Shown piece after piece: positions 47,671 through 56,526 of a stretch of DNA of 64,000 nucleotides. Source of the DNA: Myxococcota bacterium. GTDB lineage: Bacteria; Myxococcota_A; UBA9160; SMWR01. The notes under the pieces were generated by a model. The model was not told where the DNA came from. It ran no database searches and saw nothing but the letters and a program-made list of their open reading frames with translations. The stretch spans positions 13,982 to 77,981 of the forward strand of contig DATBRV010000141.1 in the NCBI GenBank assembly GCA_036560145.1, written 5' to 3'. Position 1 is the stretch's first letter. Each line of letters starts with the position of its first letter. Both the position numbers and the translations under genes were made by a program.

Positions 47671-48696
47671 TCAGCCGGGCACGAGGAGCACTTTTCCGAA
47701 GTTCTTGCGGTCCTGGATGTAGTGGTGGGCTTTGGGAGCTTCGGAGAACTTGAAGCTCTCGGCGATCACCGGCCTGACGACGCCCTCGCGGTAGAGGTGG
47801 AGCAGCTCCTCCATCCAGCCGGTGAGCAGATCGATCTCTCCCCACAGGTGGCCGACGTTGACCCCGAAGGCGCCCTTGTTCTCGTTCATCAGCGCGAGCG
47901 GCGTGAACTGGAGCCAGGGCATCGAGACCGCGGCCTTCAGGAAGCCGAGCCAGCTGCGCTGCTTCCCGGTGGCGGCGGCGGAGAGGCCGAACATCCCGAG
48001 CCGCCCGGTGGGCGCGAGCGCGCGCCAGCTCTTCTTGAAGGAGTCGCCGCCGACGGCGTCGAGGATCAGCTCGACGCCGCGGCCCTGCGTGAGCTCGCGC
48101 ACGCGCACCTCGAAATCCTCGCGCGTGTAATCGATGCAGTGGTCGACGCCCAGCTTGTAGAGCTGCTCGTGCTTGCCGGAGGAGGCGGTTCCGATCACCT
48201 TCGCGCCAAGTTTTTTTGCGATCTGCGTCGCGGCGATTCCGACGCCGCCCCCGGCGGAGTGCACCAGCATCGTCTCGCCCGGCGCGAGGCTGCCCATCAC
48301 GCGGATCAGCTGCCAGGCGGTGAGGTAGTTGACGGGGAGGGCGGCTCCCTGCGCGGCGTCCATGCCGTCGGGGCGCATGAAGACCTGGGACTCGGGGACG
48401 CAGATCACATCGCTGTAGCCGCCAAATCGAGTGAGCGCGAGGACGTCGGCGCCGATCCAATCCTCGGTCATGCCGGGGCCCACCGCGTCGATCTTGCCCG
48501 CGACCTCGTAGCCCACCACCACCGGCATGCGCGGGAGATCCGGGTACATCCCCATCCGGCCCATGATGTCGGCGAAGTTGACGCCCGCGGCTTCGACGCG
48601 GATCCGCACCTGGCCCTCGGCCGGCACGGGATCCGGCGCCTCGCGCAGCTCGAGCACTTCCGGGGGGCCGGGCCTCGGGATCCAGATCTGACGCAT
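47671..48696 (-). CDS. zinc-type alcohol dehydrogenase/quinone oxidoreductase (MDR, VAT-1-like)
   Basis: ORF 47671..48696. GVNFADI, HSAGGGVGIAATQ. Confidence 0.9.
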   Translation of the reverse strand: MRQIWIPRPGPPEVLELREAPDPVPAEGQVRIRVEAAGVNFADIMGRMGMYPDLPRMPVVVGYEVAGKIDAVGPGMTEDWIGADVLALTRFGGYSDVICVPESQVFMRPDGMDAAQGAALPVNYLTAWQLIRVMGSLAPGETMLVHSAGGGVGIAATQIAKKLGAKVIGTASSGKHEQLYKLGVDHCIDYTREDFEVRVRELTQGRGVELILDAVGGDSFKKSWRALAPTGRLGMFGLSAAATGKQRSWLGFLKAAVSMPWLQFTPLALMNENKGAFGVNVGHLWGEIDLLTGWMEELLHLYREGVVRPVIAESFKFSEAPKAHHYIQDRKNFGKVLLVPG

Positions 48697-48798
48697 GCGG
48701 ACCTCGCTGGGGGGCGGCGCCCTGCCATTCTACGCTCATCGCTTCGTCATTTGGGGATTCGCGAGGCGGGCCGGGGGCTCGGGTATCCTCGCGCTCGC

Positions 48799-49656
48799 AT
48801 GCGGCACCTGCTCGCGAAGCTCCTCGGCGCTGGCGTCGCGCTCGGCGCAGGCTTCTCGCTCGCCGCGTCGGCGCGGGCGGACGACACTCCGCTGCGCTTC
48901 GAACGCGACGGCGTGCTGGTGCGGAGCCTCTCGCGCAGCGATCTCGAGGCCGGCTGCGGCGTGACGCGCGTCGAGGTCGCCGATCCCTATCACGGGAAGG
49001 CGAAGACCTATCTCGCGTTCCCGCTGGTCTGCGCGCTCGAGCTCGGCTTCGGCAAGCCGATCGCCGACTACCGCGGCGAGAATTTATTCCTGCGCGCGCG
49101 CGACGGCTACACCAGGCCCGCCAGCGGCGAGCGCCTCGCCGAGCCGGGCGGCTGGATTGCGTTCGCCGACGCCGGGCAGGCGGACCTCGGCTGGGAGAAG
49201 ATCGACCGCCGGCAGGTCGACCCGGGTCCCTTCTACCTGGTCTGGTCGGGGCCGGGCCAGGGCGATCCGCACCGCTATCCATGGCCATATCAGCTGGTGG
49301 CGATCGAGATCGCGCCCTTCGAAGCGCGCTATCCGCACACGATCCCCAGCGGCGTGCCGAAAGACTCGCCGGCCTGGATCGGGTTCGCGGTGTTCCGCTC
49401 CGAGTGCGTCGCGTGTCACGCGATCAACGGCGAGGGCGGGACGGTCGGCCCCGAGCTGAACCTCCCGCTCAGCATCGTCGAGTACCGGCCGGCCGAGCAG
49501 ATCAAGCGCTTCGTCCGGGATCCGGCGAGCTTTCGTTACTCGAGCATGCCCGCGAATCCGCAGCTCACGCCCGCGCAGCTGGACGGGCTGATCGCGTACT
49601 TCACGGCCATGCAGGCCCGCAAGCACGATTCCCGCCGCGCGCTACCCGCGCCTTGA
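48799..49656 (+). CDS. secreted protein with C-terminal c-type cytochrome domain
   Basis: ATG 48799 inside ORF 46468..49656. Signal peptide, heme-binding CVACH, and a distal SSMP (Met ligand candidate). Confidence 0.7.
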   Translation: MRHLLAKLLGAGVALGAGFSLAASARADDTPLRFERDGVLVRSLSRSDLEAGCGVTRVEVADPYHGKAKTYLAFPLVCALELGFGKPIADYRGENLFLRARDGYTRPASGERLAEPGGWIAFADAGQADLGWEKIDRRQVDPGPFYLVWSGPGQGDPHRYPWPYQLVAIEIAPFEARYPHTIPSGVPKDSPAWIGFAVFRSECVACHAINGEGGTVGPELNLPLSIVEYRPAEQIKRFVRDPASFRYSSMPANPQLTPAQLDGLIAYFTAMQARKHDSRRALPAP

Positions 49657-50349
49657 GTACGCGTGCCAGACGAAGGGCACGAAGAAGGCGTAGTAGAGCT
49701 GATTCGGGAAGGCGCGCAGCAGCCAGACGGGATCGAAGGAAGTCGCCAGCCAGATCGCGTCGCACCCCGCCCAGAGTGCGTAATAGACCGTGACGTAGTC
49801 GCACACGCGGCGCAGGAAGCGCAGCGTCGCGGGGTCGTCGACGTGTCTCGGGAGCCAGCGTCGGCCGAGCCAGATCGCGACGCCGGTGAAGAGCAGCTCG
49901 TGGATCAGCCAGAGCCGCTGCCCCGTCGGGTCGGGCGCCAGCCGCGCGAGAAGACCCTCGGTCGCATACGCGAGCAGCGGGACCACCGGCGTCGCCGCGG
50001 CCGCGATCCGCGCCCCGCGGCCGGCGTCGCGCAGCGCGATCGCCAGCACCAGCCAGTAGACCCGGAAATCGCCGAGCAGCACGAAGAGCAGCATCACGGC
50101 GGTGCCCAGCAGCGGGGGCGCGCCGAGCGCGCTCGTGAGCTTCGTGCCGACCAGCGGGTCGAGCAGCGTCTCGACCGCGAAGAGGATCGCCCAGGCGCGC
50201 ACGAAGCCCGCCTGCGCGGAGCTCGCGCCGACTTCGCGGGCCCGGCGCGAGAGCAGCAGGTAGACCAGGAACGCCGCCGGCACCGGAAGCAGCGACCAGA
50301 CGCTTTGCAGATCGCTCTGATAGAAGGCGCGCCAGCTCTCGAACCCCAT
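49642..50349 (-). CDS. hypothetical polytopic membrane protein
   Basis: ORF 49642..50349, with 6-7 hydrophobic helices. No family recognised. Confidence 0.45.
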   Translation of the reverse strand: MGFESWRAFYQSDLQSVWSLLPVPAAFLVYLLLSRRAREVGASSAQAGFVRAWAILFAVETLLDPLVGTKLTSALGAPPLLGTAVMLLFVLLGDFRVYWLVLAIALRDAGRGARIAAAATPVVPLLAYATEGLLARLAPDPTGQRLWLIHELLFTGVAIWLGRRWLPRHVDDPATLRFLRRVCDYVTVYYALWAGCDAIWLATSFDPVWLLRAFPNQLYYAFFVPFVWHAYSRRG

Positions 50350-50364
50350 CGGACCCGACTTTAG

Positions 50365-50414
50365 TGAACTCCGCTCGCCTGCGGCTCGCTGCGCGCGGGC
50401 TGGGGCCCGCTTGC
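50365..50414 (+). repeat. intergenic repeat copy B (core plus hairpin)
   Basis: tgaactccgctcgcctgcggctcgctgcgcgc, then hairpin gcgggc-tggg-gcccgc (50395-50410), then ttgcg. Sits in a divergent promoter region. Confidence 0.8.
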
Positions 50415-50461
50415 GTACGTCTTGTCGAACAGGAGCGCCCTTCGTGGATTAGACTCGCGGC

Positions 50462-53005
50462 GTGTCGGATCCCGCCGTTCCTGATCGCCCGTCGCTGCTC
50501 GCGCGGGTGCCGCCCGGCGGGAGCGACGACAGCGACGAGATCCTGGGCCGCTTCCTCGACTGGGTCGGCGAGCAGGGCCTCGAGCCCTACCCCCACCAGG
50601 AGGAGGCCTTTCTCGAGCTGATGCTCGGCCGGCACGTCGTGCTCAGCACGCCGACCGGCTCGGGCAAGTCATTGGTAGCCCTCTGCCTGCACTTCCAGGC
50701 GCTCTGCCGGGGGCAGCGCTCCTTCTACACGGCGCCGGTCAAGGCGCTCGCCAGCGAGAAGTTCTTCTCGCTCTGCGCCGATTTCGGGCCCGACGCGGTC
50801 GGCATGCTGACCGGCGACGCCAGCATCAACGCCTCGGCAAAGATCCTGTGCTGCACGGCCGAGGTGCTCGCCAACATGGCGCTGCGCCAGGGCGAAGCGC
50901 TGGACGCGCCCCACGTGGTGATGGACGAGTTCCACTTCTACGCCGATCGCGAGCGCGGCGCCGCCTGGCAGATCCCCCTGCTGCTGCTCCCGCGCACGCG
51001 CTTCCTGCTGATGTCGGCGACGCTCGGCAACACGGCGGTGATCGAGGAGCACCTGCGCGATCGCACGCAGCTCGCCGTCGCACACGTGCATTCCGAGCAG
51101 CGCCCGGTCCCGCTCGACTTCGAGTACCGCGAGACGCCGATCCACGAGACCCTATCTGAGCTGGTCGCGCAGGGGCGCGCGCCCGTCTACGTGGTGAACT
51201 TCACGCAGCGCGAGTGCGGCGAGCTCGCGCAGGGGCTCACCAGCGCCAACTTCTCGACGCGCGAGGATCGCGCGCGGATCGCGGAGGCGATCGGCGGCTT
51301 CCGCTTCGACACGCCCTACGGCAAGGACCTGGGCCGCATCCTGCGCCACGGGATCGGCGTGCATCACGCGGGGCTGCTGCCCCGCTACCGGCTGCTGGTG
51401 GAAAGGCTGGCGCAGCGCGGTCTGCTCCAGGTCGTGTGCGGCACGGACACGCTCGGCGTGGGCGTCAACATCCCGATCCGCACGGTGCTCTTCTCCAAGC
51501 TCTGCAAGTTCGACGGCGAGAAGGTCGCGATCCTGCGCGTGCGCGAGTTCCGACAGATCGCCGGCCGCGCGGGGCGCAAGGGCTTCGACGTGCGCGGCAG
51601 CGTGGTCGCCCAGGCCCCCGAGCACGTGATCCTGAACATTCGCGAGGCCGCGCGTCCGGGGGCGAAGAAGAACGCGCCCAAGAAGAAGCCGCCGCGCGGC
51701 TTCGTGCCCTGGACCCGCGCCACCTTCGACAAGCTGATCGCGAGCCCGCCGGAGATGCTCGCCTCGGTCTTCGACGTGAACCACGGAATCCTGGTGCATC
51801 TGCTCCAGCGGCCCGACGCAGGCGGGCCGCGCGGCGAGGGCTGGCGAGCGGTGGCCCGGCTGATCGCGCTCAGCCACGAGACGCCCGCCTCGAAGGCGCG
51901 CCTGCGCCGGCGCGCCGCGCAGCTGGTGCGCTCGCTGCGCCACGCCGGCATCGCTGAGATCACGCGCGACGCCGCGCGCAGGCCCGGTCTGCGCGTGAAG
52001 GAATCCCTCCAGCTCGACTTCTCGCTCTTCGCGACGCTCTCGCTCTACCTGGTCGAGGCGGTGCAGGCCCTCAGCCGCGAATCGACGAGCTACGCGCTCG
52101 AGCTGATCTCGCTGGTCGAGGCGATCCTCGAGAACCCGATGCCGATCCTGTTCGCGCAGCGGGACCGCGCGCGCGACGAGAAGATCGCGCAGCTCAAGGC
52201 CGAGGGCGTTCCCTACGAGGACCGGATCCGGCAGCTGGAGGGCGTCAGCTGGCCCCAGCCCGAGGCCGAGTTCATCGCCGCAAGCTTCCGGGTGTTCGCC
52301 GCGAACCACCCCTGGGTGGGCGAGGCGGACATCCATCCGAAGGGCGTGGCGCGCGAGATGTTCGAGGGCTGCCAGGGCTTCGTCGACTGCGTGCGCGAGC
52401 TCGGCGTGGGCCGCAGCGAGGGGACGCTGCTGCGCTACCTCTCGCAGGTTCACGACACGCTGGTGCGCAGCGTGCCGGACGCGGACAAGACCGAGGCGGT
52501 CGACGACGCGATCGCCTACTTCCGCACCCTGATCCAGGGCGTCGACGCGAGCCTGCTCCAGGCCTGGGAGGCGCTGCGCGCGCCGGTGGCCGCGGCGGCT
52601 TCCGCAGCTCCGCCCCCGCCCTACGATCTGGCCGAGCACCCGCGCGCGCTGACGGCGCGCGTGCGCGCCGAGCTGCACGCCCTCGTGCGCTCTCTCGCCC
52701 GCAAGGAATGGGAGGAGGCGGCCGCCTGCGTGCGCCAGGGCCCCGAGGATCCCTGGGAGCCGGATCGCTTTGCGCTCGCGCTGGCGCCGTTCCTCGAGGA
52801 ATACGGGCAGCTCGATTTCACGCCCGCGGCCCGGCTCGCGCATCTCACGCGGATCGCGGCGGCGGGCCCGCGCCGCTGGCAGGCGTCCCAGGTGCTCGTC
52901 GATCCCGCCGGCGACGGGCTCTGGGCGCTGCACGCCGAGGTCGATCTCTCGCGGGAGAAGGATCCCCGAGGGCCGCTGATCCGGTTGCTGCGGATCGGGA
53001 CCTGA
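50462..53005 (+). CDS. DEAD/DEAH-box (Ski2-like) helicase with DUF3516-type C-terminal region
   Basis: ORF 50462..53005 (GTG start). TPTGSGKS, MDEFH, MSATLGN, HHAGLLP, AGRAGRKG. Confidence 0.9.
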   Translation: MSDPAVPDRPSLLARVPPGGSDDSDEILGRFLDWVGEQGLEPYPHQEEAFLELMLGRHVVLSTPTGSGKSLVALCLHFQALCRGQRSFYTAPVKALASEKFFSLCADFGPDAVGMLTGDASINASAKILCCTAEVLANMALRQGEALDAPHVVMDEFHFYADRERGAAWQIPLLLLPRTRFLLMSATLGNTAVIEEHLRDRTQLAVAHVHSEQRPVPLDFEYRETPIHETLSELVAQGRAPVYVVNFTQRECGELAQGLTSANFSTREDRARIAEAIGGFRFDTPYGKDLGRILRHGIGVHHAGLLPRYRLLVERLAQRGLLQVVCGTDTLGVGVNIPIRTVLFSKLCKFDGEKVAILRVREFRQIAGRAGRKGFDVRGSVVAQAPEHVILNIREAARPGAKKNAPKKKPPRGFVPWTRATFDKLIASPPEMLASVFDVNHGILVHLLQRPDAGGPRGEGWRAVARLIALSHETPASKARLRRRAAQLVRSLRHAGIAEITRDAARRPGLRVKESLQLDFSLFATLSLYLVEAVQALSRESTSYALELISLVEAILENPMPILFAQRDRARDEKIAQLKAEGVPYEDRIRQLEGVSWPQPEAEFIAASFRVFAANHPWVGEADIHPKGVAREMFEGCQGFVDCVRELGVGRSEGTLLRYLSQVHDTLVRSVPDADKTEAVDDAIAYFRTLIQGVDASLLQAWEALRAPVAAAASAAPPPPYDLAEHPRALTARVRAELHALVRSLARKEWEEAAACVRQGPEDPWEPDRFALALAPFLEEYGQLDFTPAARLAHLTRIAAAGPRRWQASQVLVDPAGDGLWALHAEVDLSREKDPRGPLIRLLRIGT

Positions 53006-53058
53006 GCGCCCCATCCGCGCGGGGACCCGATACACTCCGGGGCCTCGCGGAGGTTCCC

Positions 53059-53298
53059 ATGCGTCCGGCCATTTGGATTGCCGCGCTGTCGCTGCTGTGC
53101 GCCTGTGCGAGCAGCTGGGATCAGGGCTGGGAGAGGCCCGGCGCGAGCGCCGCCGACTTCGAGCGCGAGCGGCGCGAGTGCCTCCAGAGCTCCGCCCAGG
53201 GGCGGGGCTCCGGGCAGTTCGGCTACGACCAGCCCGACCAGCGGCTCTTCGCGACGTGCATGCAGCAGCGCGGCTGGCAACGCGACCCATCGCAGTAG
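53059..53298 (+). CDS. small lipoprotein (unknown)
   Basis: ATG 53059 preceded by GGAGG, inside ORF 52708..53298. Lipobox LLCAC; 79 aa. Confidence 0.5.
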   Translation: MRPAIWIAALSLLCACASSWDQGWERPGASAADFERERRECLQSSAQGRGSGQFGYDQPDQRLFATCMQQRGWQRDPSQ

Positions 53299-54603
53299 GT
53301 GGCGCGCCCTCCCGTCCGACGCCCGCGCCGCGCGCGCCTCGCGCTGATGGCGCTGCTGCTGGCGGCCGCGCCGCTCGCGTGCTCGTTGGGGGGCCCGAAG
53401 CCGCCGCAGCGCCTGATCCTGATCGTGATCGACACGCTGCGGCGCGATCACCTCGGCGTGTACGGCGCGCCCGCACCGACCCCCAACATCGATGCGCTCG
53501 CCGCCCGCGGACAGCACTTCACGAACGTGGTGGCGTCGTTCCACCAGACGACGATGTCGATGGGCTCGCTCTTCACCGGCCGCACGCCGAGCTACGAGGC
53601 GGGCGACGCCCGCGTGCTTGCCTGGAACGGGGACAACTGGTGCGGGCTCGCGCGCCTCGCCCTCACGCCCAGCTCGGACGCCTGCGTTCCCCCGGGCGTG
53701 CCGACGCTCGCGGAAGGGCTGCGCGAGGCCGGTTATTGGACGATCGGCGTCGCCTCGAACCAGTTCCTGTACGAGCCCTCCGGCTTCTCGCGCGGCTTCG
53801 ACGATTGGCTCCAGGTGGACGATCGGCCGCCCGTCGCGGGCAAGGCCTCGCGCCAGCGCCTCGCGAACGCCCACCAGTCGCGCACCTGGCACTCCGTGAA
53901 CCGCGCGGCCATCGCCGCGCTCAACCGCCGGCCGCGCGACCGATTCTTCCTCTACGTGCACTACGTCGACGTACACGACTATCTGTTCCAGAAGGTCACC
54001 TACGCCGCGGCGGTCCAGGACATGGACCAGGGCGTGGGCCGGCTGCTGGGGCAGCTCGAGTCCGCCAGGCTGCTGGAGGGCGCGGTGGTGGTGCTGGTGT
54101 CGGATCACGGCGAGCAGCTCGGCGAGCTGCACAACTTTCCGGGCGAGCTCCCGAAGTCGTTCGGCCACTACGGAAATCCCTCGTTCCAGGAGCAGCTGCG
54201 GATTCCGCTGATCGTGGCGCCCGCGCGCTTCGCGGATCCCGATCGGTTCCTGCGCAGCCAGGACGTCTTCCAGCTGCTGCTCGAGATCGGCGGCGTGAAG
54301 CGGGAGCCTTCGCGCGACCTCGAGCCGGACGAGCTCTTCGTCGGGGAGGCCAACTACCGCACCTATCGCCGCGGGCGCTGGAAGAGCTTCCTGCGCCGCG
54401 AGGACGGGCGGCACTTCCTCTACGACCTCGAGGCGGATCCGCAGGAGCGGAGCGACGTCGCGGCGAAGTTCCCCGAGGTGGCCGCCGAGCACGTCGAACG
54501 CATCGACCAGCTGACGCGCGGCCTGGCGGCGAAGGCCGCCTCGCAGCGCGGGCTGACCGAGAGCGAGCGCGAGCGGCTGCGCGCTCTCGGTTACCTCGAT
54601 TGA
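53299..54603 (+). CDS. sulfatase-fold (alkaline-phosphatase superfamily) lipoprotein lacking the Cys/Ser-x-Pro-x-Arg motif
   Basis: ORF 53299..54603 (GTG directly after the upstream TAG). Lipobox PLAC, IVIDTLRRDHLG, TTMSMGSLFTGR at the nucleophile position, VSDHGE. Confidence 0.8.
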   Translation: MARPPVRRPRRARLALMALLLAAAPLACSLGGPKPPQRLILIVIDTLRRDHLGVYGAPAPTPNIDALAARGQHFTNVVASFHQTTMSMGSLFTGRTPSYEAGDARVLAWNGDNWCGLARLALTPSSDACVPPGVPTLAEGLREAGYWTIGVASNQFLYEPSGFSRGFDDWLQVDDRPPVAGKASRQRLANAHQSRTWHSVNRAAIAALNRRPRDRFFLYVHYVDVHDYLFQKVTYAAAVQDMDQGVGRLLGQLESARLLEGAVVVLVSDHGEQLGELHNFPGELPKSFGHYGNPSFQEQLRIPLIVAPARFADPDRFLRSQDVFQLLLEIGGVKREPSRDLEPDELFVGEANYRTYRRGRWKSFLRREDGRHFLYDLEADPQERSDVAAKFPEVAAEHVERIDQLTRGLAAKAASQRGLTESERERLRALGYLD

Positions 54604-54654
54604 GCTTCGCTCGCCTGCGGCTCGCTGCGCGGCCGCTGAGGACAGCGGCCTTGC
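54601..54654 (+). repeat. intergenic repeat copy C (core plus hairpin)
   Basis: tgagcttcgctcgcctgcggctcgctgcgc, then hairpin ggccgctg-agga-cagcggcc (54631-54650), then ttgc. It starts with the sulfatase stop codon and lies between convergent genes. Confidence 0.8.
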
Positions 54655-54661
54655 ATGACGC

Positions 54662-55345
54662 TCAGCGCTGACGACGCGACTTGCGCTTCGGGCGCGGCCG
54701 CTTCGCTTCCTGCTTCTGGCGCGCCTTCGAGGCTGCCCAGGAGCAGATCCGGCAGCTCGCGAGATCGTGCCCGCGCGCCGGACAGTGCTGCCGTCCGAAC
54801 AGGATGATCTGGAGGTGCAGGCGGCCCCAGGCCAGCGGCGGATACAGCTTCTTGAGGTCGCGCTCGGTCTGCTCGACCGACCGGCCGTTCGAGAGGCCCC
54901 AGCGGGCGGCCAACCGGTGGATGTGGGTGTCGACCGGGAAGGCGGGCTGGCCGAAGGCCTGCGCCATCACGACGCTGGCGGTCTTGTGGCCCACGCCGGG
55001 CAGCGCCTCGAGCGCTTCGAAGTCGGCGGGCACCTGCCCGCCGTGCTTCCCGATCAGGAGCTTCGAAAGGCCCGCGATCGCCTTGGCTTTCGCCGGCGAG
55101 AGACCGCAGGGGCGGATCACGCGCCGGATCTCCGCGACCGGCAGCTTCGCCATCGCCTCCGGCGTCGCGGCGCGGGCGAACAGGAGCGGCGTGATCTGGT
55201 TCACCTTGACGTCGGTGCACTGCGCGGAGAGGAGCACGGCGATCAGCAGGGTGTACGGATCCCGGTGCTCGAGGGGGACCTTGACCTCGGGGTAGACGTC
55301 GTCGAGGATCCGGCGGATCCGACGGGCTTTGTCCGCGCGCTTCAC
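54662..55345 (-). CDS. nth: endonuclease III
   Basis: ORF 54662..55345 (GTG start). HhH-GPD LPGVGHKTASVV, VDTHIHRLA. C-terminal Cys cluster region and a Lys/Arg-rich tail. Confidence 0.93.
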   Translation of the reverse strand: MKRADKARRIRRILDDVYPEVKVPLEHRDPYTLLIAVLLSAQCTDVKVNQITPLLFARAATPEAMAKLPVAEIRRVIRPCGLSPAKAKAIAGLSKLLIGKHGGQVPADFEALEALPGVGHKTASVVMAQAFGQPAFPVDTHIHRLAARWGLSNGRSVEQTERDLKKLYPPLAWGRLHLQIILFGRQHCPARGHDLASCRICSWAASKARQKQEAKRPRPKRKSRRQR

Positions 55346-55386
55346 GAGGGCCCGAGTATAACTTGGAGCGAGGGCCGGGAGACGGA

Positions 55387-55743
55387 ATGACGATACCCGG
55401 AAGCAGCGGCCTTGCGGCGCGGCGCTGCGTGCCTTGCCGTGGCGGGACGCCGCCGCTGCGCGGCGAGCCGCTCGCGGCGCTGCTCGGCGAGCTCGGCGGC
55501 GGCTGGCGCGCGGTGGACCAGCATCACCTCGAGAAGGAGTTCCGCTTCCGCGATTTCGCCGGCGCGCTCGCCTTCGCGAACCGGATCGGCGCGCTCGCGG
55601 AGGAGCAGTCGCACCATCCGGATCTGCACCTGGCCTGGGGGAAGCTCGGCGTCGCGATCTGGACCCACAAGATCGACGGCCTCACCGAGAGCGACTTCGT
55701 GTTCGCTGCGAAGATCGATCAGCTGTTCGCAGAACTCGCCTGA
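55387..55743 (+). CDS. 4a-hydroxytetrahydrobiopterin (pterin-4a-carbinolamine) dehydratase
   Basis: ATG 55387 inside ORF 55363..55743. EEQSHHPDL...WTH motif. Confidence 0.88.
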   Translation: MTIPGSSGLAARRCVPCRGGTPPLRGEPLAALLGELGGGWRAVDQHHLEKEFRFRDFAGALAFANRIGALAEEQSHHPDLHLAWGKLGVAIWTHKIDGLTESDFVFAAKIDQLFAELA

Positions 55744-55744
55744 A

Positions 55745-55797
55745 TGAACTTCGCTCGCCTTCGGCTCGTTGCGCGCGCGGCTCGCGCCGCGCTTGCT
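55745..55797 (+). repeat. intergenic repeat copy D (core plus hairpin)
   Basis: tgaacttcgctcgccttcggctcgttgcgc, then hairpin gcgcggc-tcgc-gccgcgc (55775-55792), then ttgct. Lies between convergent genes. Confidence 0.8.
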
Positions 55798-56513
55798 CAG
55801 CCGCCGGTCTCCGCTTCGACGCGCCGCATGTAGGCGACCAGGCCGGGGCGGGAGTTCAGGAGCTGCGCGGAGTCGGGCATCGAGCCGTGCTCGACGGAGC
55901 GCAGCATCGAGTAGACCGCGAGGTCCGCCATGCTCGGGCGCTCGGCGTAGAAGAAGGGCCGCGTGCCGAGCAGGTTCACCAGGTCGTCGAGGCGATCGGC
56001 CATGCCGCGCACGATCGCGGTCTCCGGCCGCTCCCAGGTGCCTCCCGCGCGCAGCCAGGCGAACAGCCGGCGCAGCATCGCGATCCGCGCGAGTCCGCCC
56101 CGCTTCGGCGCGGCGGCTTCCGCCGCCTCCCGCTGCGCCTTGACCCGCTGCCAGCGCAGGAAATAGAAGAGGAAGGACTCGTCGGCCCAGTCTTCGAGCT
56201 GGCGCTGCTGGAGCGCGATCTTGGGCTCGCTCGCCAGCAGCGGCGGGTTCGGAAAGCGCTCGTCGAGGCGCAGCAGGATCGCGGTCGAATCGTGGGTCCG
56301 CTCGCCGTCGATCGTCAGCACGGGAAGCAGGCCGGTGTCGGGGCTCCAGCGCTTGAAATCCTCGGGGCCCGAGGGCTCGAAGAGATCGAAGGCGAGGCCC
56401 TTCATCAAGAGCGCGCGGCGCACCTTCTCCGTGAACGGCGTCTGCGACTGGCCGTAGAGGGCGATCTTGCGGCCCCCGCCCGCCGCCGCGCTCCCAGAAG
56501 ACTTGTCCGTCAC
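55797..56513 (-). CDS. glutathione S-transferase family protein
   Basis: GTG 56513, 13 nt after the upstream stop, inside ORF 55797..56609. Thioredoxin-like N-domain (LYGQSQTPFTEKVRRALLMKGL...LPVL) and a helical C-domain. Confidence 0.72.
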   Translation of the reverse strand: MTDKSSGSAAAGGGRKIALYGQSQTPFTEKVRRALLMKGLAFDLFEPSGPEDFKRWSPDTGLLPVLTIDGERTHDSTAILLRLDERFPNPPLLASEPKIALQQRQLEDWADESFLFYFLRWQRVKAQREAAEAAAPKRGGLARIAMLRRLFAWLRAGGTWERPETAIVRGMADRLDDLVNLLGTRPFFYAERPSMADLAVYSMLRSVEHGSMPDSAQLLNSRPGLVAYMRRVEAETGG

Positions 56514-56526
56514 CTGGCCCGCTCCG

